Source of the DNA: a virus
Lineage: Duplodnaviria; Caudoviricetes
Virus record (IMG/VR): IMGVR_UViG_3300010998_000021
Location: 47,468-111,467 of that record
DNA length: 64,000 nucleotides
Strand: one strand, 5' to 3'
Positions 50,075 to 58,716 of the stretch are shown here, piece after piece; positions within the stretch are counted from its first letter, which is position 1; the number at the start of each line of letters is the position of its first letter. The notes under the pieces are model-generated. The model worked only from the letters and a program-made list of their open reading frames with translations, was not told where the DNA came from and made no database searches. Made by a program: the position numbers and the translations under genes.

Positions 50075-50695
50075 ATGAATGCTGCTGAAGTTATTCTTGA
50101 GATACAGAAGTTATATGATAAAAGAACAAGAGAAGAAATATTGTCCAATCTCAATATTGCTATAGCACTCGGAAAAGCAAAAGGGTTAGCGGTTGACAGA
50201 TATAGGACATTGCCAAAAATAACAAATAGATCAAAGCATTCCGTCATGTCTTGGTTTAATAGACCTGACAAGAAGATTCCTCTAATTGACCTTTGCATGA
50301 TAGCCAAATATCTTAATTACAATATTTTTGCGTTTTTCACAACGAAGGAAAATTGCAATATAACAAAAGAAGATTTTTTGGTTGCAAATGACTATAATAA
50401 TTATAATTTTCCTGTTGATGCTGCGGATATTTTCATTCGTGGCTTTAATCTGCAATATGATACCGACAAAGATATTGTATTAAATAACTTGGAAAAATTC
50501 TATGGAACATCTAAACAGGTACTTGAACATCACTCAAAAGATCGTCAAGTAAGAATTATGAAAGTTTGTGGTTGCACAAAAGAATCTTATCGTTCTTGGT
50601 TTAATCGAAGCCGGAAAAATGTTCGGATTCCATTAATACCATTATGCAAAATGTCTATTGATGCAAACATTGAATTTTTTAGTTTATTCGTATGA
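50075..50695 (+). CDS. Tandem duplicated HTH-like protein
   Basis: Internal repeat SWFNRPDKKIPLIDLC / SWFNRSRKNVRIPLIPLC. Confidence 0.55.
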   Translation: MNAAEVILEIQKLYDKRTREEILSNLNIAIALGKAKGLAVDRYRTLPKITNRSKHSVMSWFNRPDKKIPLIDLCMIAKYLNYNIFAFFTTKENCNITKEDFLVANDYNNYNFPVDAADIFIRGFNLQYDTDKDIVLNNLEKFYGTSKQVLEHHSKDRQVRIMKVCGCTKESYRSWFNRSRKNVRIPLIPLCKMSIDANIEFFSLFV

Positions 50696-50766
50696 ATAGA
50701 CGGTATATGGCGTTATATAAATAAAACAAAATAATACATGAATATTAATTAGAAAGGTTAAAAATA

Positions 50767-51552
50767 ATGGCAGAAAATAGTTTTGATAATATCTCGTTGC
50801 CGGAAGAAAATTTAACACCACAAGAATACTTTGCTGTTGTGAAAGAAAGAAAATCTAAAGCAACAGATAAGCAGTTGATGGCAATTTATGATAACTGCTT
50901 GGAACTTCTTAATAAGTATAAGATCACAGGTCAATATAAAGGTGCAGCAAAATTAATTTTCCATCTTGAATGCATAGAGAAAGAACTTGAAATTGTTCGG
51001 ATGGGGATTGATACATTTGTATATCGTGATGACATTGAATACTACATAGACAATGTTGCATCTGACGTTGTTAAAATTATCGAATTGGAAAATTATCAGC
51101 GCGAGATACCTGATGAAATAGTAGATGTAATAGCGAAAGTGAAAGACAAATTCGATCAGTTATATGTTGTATTCACTGACTATACTGGTGAAGCAGAACG
51201 TCAAGTGGAAAAGGAAAGAATAGCAAAAGACCCTATTCTTTTTGGAACATTTCAGAGTCCAAAAGACAATGTTGTAATAGATCGCTTTTATTATCTTGGC
51301 GATTGGGTGGATGAGTATTGTAATTTAACACTTGATAAGATGGTTAATGAAACAAATAGAGAAATCCATAGGAAAATTGAACATACCATAAAAACACCAG
51401 ATGATATAGCGGAATTAAAAGAGCAGATCAATAGTCTTATTGCTAATAATAATGGTAATAGATTTACCGTAGATGAATCAAACAAAAAGAAGTCATTTTT
51501 CAGCAGTATCAAATCATTTATATCAAGAAAGTCTAAAGTCTTTTCATTTTAA
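50767..51552 (+). CDS. Conserved phage hypothetical protein
   Basis: 261 aa; LENYQREIPDE...VFTDYT...DPILFG...YLGDW.DE. Confidence 0.65.
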   Translation: MAENSFDNISLPEENLTPQEYFAVVKERKSKATDKQLMAIYDNCLELLNKYKITGQYKGAAKLIFHLECIEKELEIVRMGIDTFVYRDDIEYYIDNVASDVVKIIELENYQREIPDEIVDVIAKVKDKFDQLYVVFTDYTGEAERQVEKERIAKDPILFGTFQSPKDNVVIDRFYYLGDWVDEYCNLTLDKMVNETNREIHRKIEHTIKTPDDIAELKEQINSLIANNNGNRFTVDESNKKKSFFSSIKSFISRKSKVFSF

Positions 51553-51713
51553 GGGGATGAACAATATATGAATATTTGTCCTTATACAGAAGAAAAATGC
51601 AAATCAAATGATTGTACGAAGTGTAAGATTTATTTTGAATCTGAATACGGTTGTGACGGAAAATGCAGTAAATGTGAGGATTCTGATTTTTGTGACCATT
51701 TAGGCAAGAGGGA

Positions 51714-52082
51714 TTGATTTTGAAAACAAATATAGACCTAACGGAAAATAGAATGTTTTCAAGAAACACTTCTAATATACCGTTTTTAAAAACAAAACTT
51801 TGCAAAATAAAACCTTGGGACTTGCACTTTCTTAATTCCATTTATGATTTAGATTATTCTGGAATAGAAAATAGATATAAAGTGATTGCTACAGGTGGAA
51901 GATTTGAAAGGTTAGACTTTAGACTTTTAAAAGAAGAAGAATCAAGAGAGCATTGTGATCGTTGTGGTGTTTATCTTTATAAAAAGCCATATGAAAGGCT
52001 CACTCATAATGGCTTATGCGAAAAATGTAATTTAGAACTTGATAAACAATATTCAAAAAAATATAGAAAGCCTTGGATGTAA
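51714..52082 (+). CDS. Hypothetical Zn-ribbon protein
   Basis: CDRCG...LCEKC; terminator overlaps the stop. Confidence 0.5.
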   Translation: MILKTNIDLTENRMFSRNTSNIPFLKTKLCKIKPWDLHFLNSIYDLDYSGIENRYKVIATGGRFERLDFRLLKEEESREHCDRCGVYLYKKPYERLTHNGLCEKCNLELDKQYSKKYRKPWM

Positions 52083-52605
52083 GTTCAAGGCTTTTTGTCG
52101 TGCAAATAAAAATAGTTTTGAAAAACAATAGTTGTCTTAGAAAATAGTTTTTCAAAACATGTATTTTTTTGTGCGCAAAAATACTAAGTTTTTAAAAACA
52201 ATAATAGAATAACGAGGCAGTACACAGCAATACTCTGCTTAAAAAAATCTGTAGTCCTGATGCCGACTGACACACAAAAAGGGCATTGAACTCGTGACTG
52301 GCGAGAATAAATAAACAAGTGGTGGTTATCTGATGTGGGATACCGTCATTAGCCAAGGGCAGATATTTGGCTTACAAGCGGTAACTAATGTACTCCGAAG
52401 CGTCCGAATGAACGTAGTAGAACATTATCCTCCTGTTAGGGGGAAAACTATGCCAACCGAGCGGATGCCGATGAACGTAGCACATTGTAATATGATTGTC
52501 AATAAATAAAACAAAAAAATAATTGAATTACTTATTGACAAGCAGTAAATGATGTGCTATCTTATAATCATACAAAACACATAACACAGATAGGAGGGAA
52601 ATAAG

Positions 52606-53520
52606 ATGGCAGCAAGAGCATTGAAAATCTGGAATGAAGGCGAAAGAACGAATATATTCCAGTTAAGAGTGAATGATAGTATTTGCACATCAAATAAAAA
52701 GAAGGGGCGTAAATCTGAAGTGTATCCGTTTCAACTTGAGGATGCCAAAAAGATGATCGCATACTTTGAAGAACATGATATGTGGGTACAGTATTTACTC
52801 TTTGTTGTTGGAATCAACATGGCAAGGCGTGTAGGAGATACACTTACGCTTACATGGGAGCATATTTACAATCCGGCAAACGGTGAGATCAGAGATAACA
52901 TTCTTGAAATTACAGAAGATAAGACGGATAAATTGGCTAATCCAAAAATCAATAGCGCGGTTAGAAACGCAATCGCGCTTTATATAGAAAAGACTGGCGT
53001 TGATGTTACAGAAAATAATTATCATAATCCGATCTTTCTTCAGATGACAGGAACGCATAAAGGCAACGTAATAACCAGTGATGGTTATAGAAAAGCCTTA
53101 AAGAAAGCTGCTGATGCAGTAGGCATTACATATAATGTTGGTACACATTCCACAAGAAAGACATTCGGTATGATATCCAGAATGATTCATCCCAATGATT
53201 ATGACAGCATGGAATTACTACAGACAATCTATAACCATAGTGACACAAAAACTACAAGCCACTACATCGGACTTACAAAACAAAAAGTAGATCAGTATTA
53301 CGATGATATGGGCAAGTTCTTTAATGACTATGTTACTGGTAACAAGGAATATAAAGATGTTTCTGAAAAGCCTGTCATTAATGTAGAGGTATCTGATTTA
53401 AGAGATATTATTGCAATGGCTTATGCTGAAGGACAGCAGAATGCAAACATCAAAGACGCAAGCAAGCACATCGAAACAATCAACGAGATTATGAATATTG
53501 TAGATTCTCTTACTAAGTAA
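52606..53520 (+). CDS. Tyrosine recombinase with intact catalytic residues
   Basis: RRVGD (R), EDKT (K), HSTRK (HxxR), YNHS (H), TSHYIG (Y). Confidence 0.9.
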   Translation: MAARALKIWNEGERTNIFQLRVNDSICTSNKKKGRKSEVYPFQLEDAKKMIAYFEEHDMWVQYLLFVVGINMARRVGDTLTLTWEHIYNPANGEIRDNILEITEDKTDKLANPKINSAVRNAIALYIEKTGVDVTENNYHNPIFLQMTGTHKGNVITSDGYRKALKKAADAVGITYNVGTHSTRKTFGMISRMIHPNDYDSMELLQTIYNHSDTKTTSHYIGLTKQKVDQYYDDMGKFFNDYVTGNKEYKDVSEKPVINVEVSDLRDIIAMAYAEGQQNANIKDASKHIETINEIMNIVDSLTK

Positions 53521-53632
53521 TAAATAATATAAAATAATACATGACGAACACAATGAAACGTGGTAACATATAAGCAAGTAAACACAAAGCACAAACTTAT
53601 ATGTTACCAACATGATTAAGGAGGGAAATAAG

Positions 53633-54720
53633 ATGGCACTTAACAAAGCTAATATCACATGGAGTTGCAAGCAGATCGCTAAGATGGCTGGAAACGGAAC
53701 ATTCACTTTTGATAATATCATTCAGAGATCGTATGTATGGGAGCAGAAAAGAAAAAGTAATCTTATCCATTCTCTCATTGAAGGATTTCCTGTACCGCCA
53801 TTTTACGAAAAAAAGTAGATGGAAGAGTGTATGATTTTCTTGATGGGAAACAGAGAATCAATGCTATCCGTGGCTACATTGAGAATGAATATTTCTTGAT
53901 CGGTACACCTGAAGCAGAGGTTACATATACGGATGCAAACGGCGAAGAGCAGACCGCATGGATTGATGGAAAATACTTCAAAGACCTTCCTGAAGAGTTG
54001 CAGGATGCTATTAAGGATTATCACCTGACAATCTATTACTATGAAAATATCACACCTGAACAGGTTCGGATGCTGTTTGCGAAGCTGAATAACGGAAAAC
54101 CGCTTTCTGCAAAAGAGAGAAACATTGCTAACTGCGTTGACATCGTTACAGTTTCCGAGATTGGTAAGCATGAACTGTTTGCGGAAATTCTCACAGATAA
54201 GGCACTTGCAGCGAGAAGACATCTTCCTATCATTATGAAAATCTGGATGATGCTGAATAATGATATTGATGATGTATCTTTTGAAAGTAGCGAGTTCAAT
54301 GGGGTTATGCAGGAAACTATCATGACGGAAGACGAAAAAGCCGAGGTTGAAAAGGTTCTGGATAGAATCTATGCAATCTATAATGAACTTGAAAACTATG
54401 AGAATGCAAAGAAGGCAAAAGCTGTTAGGAAGAAGATGACTTCTGAAACACACATGGTTTCTCTTGTTCCTTTTATTGAGTATGCTATAACTGATAACAT
54501 CACGGATGTTGAGATGGCTGAATTTATGGTTAGGCTTTTCGGAAATGGAGTTCTCGTATCTGATGAGTATGCAGACGCTTGCAAAGGTGGATCGGCTAAA
54601 AACGTCAATATCAAGAGAAGGAATAATGAAATTGAAAAGGTATGGTTTGCATTTATCAACGATAACTCTTTTGTAGAGGAAACGGAAGATGATGAAAACC
54701 ATGATTGCAACGATTTCTAA
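53633..54720 (+). CDS. DUF262 (ParB/Srx-fold, GmrSD-N-like) protein split by a -1 frameshift at 53809-53815
   Basis: IQRSYVW...LIHSLIEGFPVPP in one frame; FLDGKQR...FAKLNNGKPL in the -1 frame; junction GAA AAA AAG TAG. Confidence 0.8.
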
Positions 54721-54732
54721 TGCATAATAATT

Positions 54733-54763
54733 ATGGTGTATCACTTAACTGTGGTACACCATA
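54733..54763 (+). terminator. Hairpin after the DUF262 gene
   Basis: TATGGTGTATCAC-ttaact-GTGGTACACCATA; no T-run. Confidence 0.4.
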
Positions 54764-54785
54764 ACGATTAAAGAGGAGATCACAA

Positions 54786-55094
54786 GTGAGCAATATTGAT
54801 TGGACTAAGTATTTTATAGGTCTCGATTATGAAAAGGAAAAATTATTTATAGGAGTTGGAAAATTAAAAAACAATGGAATGATTCAGTTTTTAAAAAAAT
54901 CAGATGATCGCACAGTTGAAATAATCAATGCGGTTGGAAGATTCTTAAAAATGAAACTTAACAAAAGCAAGAAGAATTATTTTGGTTATGATTTAAATAG
55001 GATTGGCAAACTTGTATTGATTAAACATGGATATGATTTTGAAGTGTTTAAGAAAAGGAAGGACACCATAACAAGACCTATTCAAGATTTCTGA
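54786..55094 (+). CDS. Hypothetical basic protein upstream of mazF
   Basis: SD GAGGAG, GTG start. Confidence 0.55.
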   Translation: MSNIDWTKYFIGLDYEKEKLFIGVGKLKNNGMIQFLKKSDDRTVEIINAVGRFLKMKLNKSKKNYFGYDLNRIGKLVLIKHGYDFEVFKKRKDTITRPIQDF

Positions 55095-55115
55095 TATTAG
55101 ATTGGAGGCTTAAAT

Positions 55116-55574
55116 ATGTCAACAACAAAATCTATGGAAAAATTGAATACGAAAATGACTTTCTTTATTAACTATGATGGTGAAAATGTAAGTTATATTG
55201 ATTCGGAAAATCATAGTATATGTTGTTGTGATATTTGGATGGCTTCTTTACCAAGTAACAATGGTAGCATACAGAATGGGCATAGACCAGTTCTTATAAT
55301 ATCTAATAACAAGAATAATAAATATAGTACAGTTGTCAATGTAATACCAATGACAACCAAGATGAACAAAAGGCATTTGCCTTGCCACGTTTCTATATGG
55401 GATTACAAAAGGTTTGGACTATATGCGCCAAGTACGATCATGGTAGAGCAGATTACGACTATCCCAAAAGATAATTTAAAATATTATATGGGAAGAATAG
55501 ATGATGAAGCTATTCTGCTTGATATTTATGAAGCAATAAGAACGCAATTTCCAATTTTAGATAATGCAAAATAA
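55116..55574 (+). CDS. mazF: PemK/MazF-family endoribonuclease
   Basis: DIWMASL....GSIQNG.RPVLIISNN..N..S..V.VIPMTT...LP.HV...S.I..EQITTI.K. Confidence 0.85.
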   Translation: MSTTKSMEKLNTKMTFFINYDGENVSYIDSENHSICCCDIWMASLPSNNGSIQNGHRPVLIISNNKNNKYSTVVNVIPMTTKMNKRHLPCHVSIWDYKRFGLYAPSTIMVEQITTIPKDNLKYYMGRIDDEAILLDIYEAIRTQFPILDNAK

Positions 55575-55636
55575 GGCAGGATATTGACACTTTCAAATTT
55601 TTGTGATACATATTTATTATGGGTGGAGGTGTCATT

Positions 55637-56614
55637 ATGAACACAAAGGAATTGCTTGATGAATATTTTAAAACAAAGCCAGAATCTACGACTGCTAAAA
55701 CAAGAGGGCAAATTGACAGGAAGGAGTTATATGCCTATGAGAAAAAGATAGGGAAACAGCTCGTTGATATGGACTGTTTTGAAATAGCTGATATGCTAAA
55801 ATCGTTCAGTAACCAAGTGTTTACTAAAAAGACTTATAAAATGTCATATCGAACATATGATTTCCTATTGACTATTTTGCGTGATTTCTTTGAATGGTAT
55901 ATTGATAATTATAAAATCATTAAAAATCCTTGCAACGATAAACGAATAAGAGGAAGAAATGCAATTAAAATTTTCAATGATACCAGTGAAGCATTTACTA
56001 AAGAATCTATGGAAGATTTGATTGCAAATATTAGAAATAGCACTTTAGAAGAATATGCTGATTATGAAGAAGCAATTATCAGAATGTTTTACGAAGGATT
56101 TCCAGAAGCAATAGATATAGTTAATTTGAAATGCAGCGATATGAATCACGAAAAGAAAACAGCTATTGTAAGGGGTAGAGAAATACAACTTTCAGATCGT
56201 CTTTATGAACTGCTTGTTAAAATTCATAATATGGATGAATATCCGGCTTATCGTGGATCGTATCTATTATTAAGTTACAGAGATTCATATTTTAAATTTC
56301 CTACAAGGGAAAGTTTTAAAAATGAATTTCAAGATAGACCACCTGAATATTGGGCTGGACATATTTCACGATTATTTAATCGAGATATTAAAGTAAAAAA
56401 TGATATAAATATAAACGCAAGGACACTATATCTGTGTGGCTTCTACGATTATATTGTTGATAGGGTTGGAAAGGAAGAAGCTAACAGGCTTATCTATTCT
56501 ATTCGTAATACAGAAGATACAAAGAAACTAATGGGTCTTGCAGAAGAGTATGGTATTACAGAGCAGAATGTAACAACGCTTAAAAAGATTCTTGTTCCTT
56601 TTGTGCAAGAATGA
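55637..56614 (+). CDS. Catalytically degenerate tyrosine-recombinase-fold protein, MrpR(YopR)-like repressor candidate
   Basis: N-terminal core-binding domain (LRDFFEWY...NPC); IRMFYEG...IVNLK..D lacking the catalytic R and HxxR; own promoter near 55585. Confidence 0.6.
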   Translation: MNTKELLDEYFKTKPESTTAKTRGQIDRKELYAYEKKIGKQLVDMDCFEIADMLKSFSNQVFTKKTYKMSYRTYDFLLTILRDFFEWYIDNYKIIKNPCNDKRIRGRNAIKIFNDTSEAFTKESMEDLIANIRNSTLEEYADYEEAIIRMFYEGFPEAIDIVNLKCSDMNHEKKTAIVRGREIQLSDRLYELLVKIHNMDEYPAYRGSYLLLSYRDSYFKFPTRESFKNEFQDRPPEYWAGHISRLFNRDIKVKNDININARTLYLCGFYDYIVDRVGKEEANRLIYSIRNTEDTKKLMGLAEEYGITEQNVTTLKKILVPFVQE

Positions 56615-56622
56615 AAATGACT

Positions 56623-56648
56623 ATCATGACCGCTTCGGCGGTCATGGT
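56623..56648 (+). terminator. Strong hairpin after the repressor-like gene
   Basis: ATCATGACCGC-TTCG-GCGGTCATGGT. Confidence 0.6.
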
Positions 56649-56700
56649 AATTACATATAAATAATACAAAATAATTCATTGAATATTCATCATATTATTG

Positions 56701-56748
56701 TTGACATAGAATGTATGTTCTGATATTCTTAGTTAGAACGTATATTCG
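56701..56748 (+). promoter_or_regulatory. sigmaA promoter with two LexA-type boxes
   Basis: TTGACA-17-TATTCT; AGAATGTATGTTCT (56708) and AGAACGTATATTCG (56735). Confidence 0.65.
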
Positions 56749-56762
56749 AGTAAAGAAAAGGA

Positions 56763-57014
56763 GTGGATACTATGTTTTATGCAGGATACAATAGTATTTT
56801 AACAGATATCGCAGTATTTGAAAGCGCAACAAAAAGAGATGAATGGGTTAGCGGAAAATCATTTTTTGAAAGAGTTCCATTAACTAATGAACAGGCAAAT
56901 GAAATCCTTGGGTCATGTGCTAATACATATAATGAAGTGCAATATGGCGATGATGCAAATAAGGATATCATAAAGTGGCTCATAAATCCTATTAATATTA
57001 CATATATTCCTTAG
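56763..57014 (+). CDS. Small hypothetical protein, probably SOS-controlled
   Basis: First ORF after the LexA-box promoter. Confidence 0.55.
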   Translation: MDTMFYAGYNSILTDIAVFESATKRDEWVSGKSFFERVPLTNEQANEILGSCANTYNEVQYGDDANKDIIKWLINPINITYIP

Positions 57015-57163
57015 TATAAAACAGAAAGAAGGTGATTATTTGGAAAAAGTTTTAAACATGGTTGAAAGATTAATTTGGTCAGTTACTCCGAGAATATACT
57101 ATTGTCGAGATGTTGTTTTTATTCGATGGTTAGATAGAGAATTTATTTTAAAAAGGAATCCTA

Positions 57164-57601
57164 ATGTATAAGCAAATAATAATAGCGAGAAAAGATTTAA
57201 ATATGTCATCTGGAAAATTAGCTGCGCAAGTCAGTCATGCAAGTATGGCATTTCTTACAAACAAAATCAGAGATAATTTTAAAGAAGTATATTCTGATGG
57301 CGAATGGTGTATTAAATCTGAATTAAAATTCGACTTGGATTTATTTGATAACTGGATTAATGGATCATTTACAAAATGTATTCTTGAGGCGAAGAATAAA
57401 TACCAGTTGGAAAAATCAATTACAATGGCAAATGAAATGGGATTGATTGAAGGAAAAGACTATTTCATTATAAGAGATAATTGCTTGACAGAATTACAGC
57501 CAGAAGAGCCAGATGGCAGAACAATTACATGTGTTGGTTTTGCGCCAATGCCAAGTGATAAAATTGATAAGATCGGCAAAAAATATCAATTATGGAAATG
57601 A
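57164..57601 (+). CDS. pth2: Peptidyl-tRNA hydrolase, PTH2 family
   Basis: KQIIIARKDLNMSSGKLAAQVSHAS...W....FTKCIL...IRD...TE...TCVGF.P. Confidence 0.85.
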   Translation: MYKQIIIARKDLNMSSGKLAAQVSHASMAFLTNKIRDNFKEVYSDGEWCIKSELKFDLDLFDNWINGSFTKCILEAKNKYQLEKSITMANEMGLIEGKDYFIIRDNCLTELQPEEPDGRTITCVGFAPMPSDKIDKIGKKYQLWK

Positions 57602-57607
57602 TAAGTT

Positions 57608-57829
57608 ATGATTACAAAATCAGAAGATAAAAGGAATAAATATTGTTTAGATAGCACAAGTAGTACGGAAGATTTAAATTATATTTATCAACAATATAAT
57701 CATGTAAGATGTATAATTTGCAATAAGAAAACATCGGAAAGATTCTATAAACCTTGGTATGGCTCAACGCCAGTAACCATTAATAATACAATAGATGATA
57801 ATGTCTTTTATATTAATAGTGTTTGTTGA
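57608..57829 (+). CDS. Hypothetical protein
   Basis: 73-aa ORF with CIIC. Confidence 0.4.
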   Translation: MITKSEDKRNKYCLDSTSSTEDLNYIYQQYNHVRCIICNKKTSERFYKPWYGSTPVTINNTIDDNVFYINSVC

Positions 57830-57920
57830 AAATCTAAATAAATAACACAAGATAATAATTGACTATGCAATTAATGTGTAGTATAATAGATAATACAAGA
57901 TAATAAAGAAGGGAGATAAA

Positions 57921-58637
57921 ATGGATAGCATTAAAATTTACAAGGATAAAAACACTGGAAAGAAATATATCAAGATTTCTGATGGTGCTTACGTAGCCAT
58001 TGAGGATGTTAATACACTTGGACTTGTAGAATATAAGGCAGAAAAATTCGCATATACTCATAATCATTATGTCACAAGCAAAAAAAAGATAGATGATATT
58101 CTTGGTGCGGAATATGCTTTAAAGGATACAATTATAATTCCTGTTGGTGAAAGGAACATTACATTTGTTGTTGAACATATCGCGCATTTTAACGATCACG
58201 ATAAAGTTTATTTTGTAGCAAAAGATATTGTTGGAAAATCATCAATTGATGATATGGAAAGTTTTCTTGATGATTTTGAAGCATCAATGCCGGAAGAACT
58301 CGTTGAAAAGATGAGCATTGTGGAACATATTATCGAAGATGATGATGGGAAAGAGTTTGTGTACAGAAGAAAACTGAATCTACTTTCTAAAGCGAATATG
58401 AAGGAATGTGATGGTCATAGCGGTGATGATGATATCCTGTTCGATGGTTTAAAAACCGAAGCGGATAGATGCAAGAACTATAATGGCTTGACTGACTACT
58501 GGTGGTTGCGTTCGCCGCTTCTCGGCTACTCTACGTCCTTTTGGTATGTCTACGCGGGCGGTGGTTTCGGCAGCTACTCCTACGCCTCTTCCGTGTTTGG
58601 AGTCGTGCCATGCTTCTCCATTATTATCAATAAGTAA
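57921..58637 (+). CDS. DUF6273-like protein with a C-terminal DGR variable region
   Basis: YWWLRSP...F..V...G......A....GVVPCF CLec-type C-terminus; abrupt GC-rich, A-poor NNC-codon segment; downstream hairpin. Confidence 0.8.
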   Translation: MDSIKIYKDKNTGKKYIKISDGAYVAIEDVNTLGLVEYKAEKFAYTHNHYVTSKKKIDDILGAEYALKDTIIIPVGERNITFVVEHIAHFNDHDKVYFVAKDIVGKSSIDDMESFLDDFEASMPEELVEKMSIVEHIIEDDDGKEFVYRRKLNLLSKANMKECDGHSGDDDILFDGLKTEADRCKNYNGLTDYWWLRSPLLGYSTSFWYVYAGGGFGSYSYASSVFGVVPCFSIIINK

Positions 58638-58672
58638 GAAAGTAAACTAAACAATAATCTCATTTTTATATC

Positions 58673-58691
58673 GGGCGGCGTAAGACCGCCT
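58673..58691 (+). other. DGR-type homing hairpin downstream of the variable region
   Basis: GGGCGG-CGTAAGA-CCGCCT; covarying copies at 42153 and 42198. Confidence 0.65.
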
Positions 58692-58716
58692 GATTTAAAG
58701 TTATCAAAGGAAATTT

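Larger units (their letters stand above)
31800..52200. repeat. Dispersed intergenic arrays of the 12-bp palindrome (G/A)TTTTnnAAAA(C/T), in about 13 spacers between cassettes
   Basis: For example 32414, 32444, 32478, 32508, 32545, 32574, 32612, 32642; roughly 55-60 copies counted by eye, often 29-31 bp apart. Confidence 0.85.

Noticed and set aside
32400-52200. CRISPR array interpretation of the intergenic repeats
   Set aside because: Repeats are only 12 bp and degenerate, spacers are ~18-25 bp, AT-rich and irregular, and no cas genes are present
52255-52490. Hammerhead or other known self-cleaving ribozyme
   Set aside because: No correctly arranged CUGANGA/GAAA core could be built by eye; kept only as an unclassified ncRNA candidate
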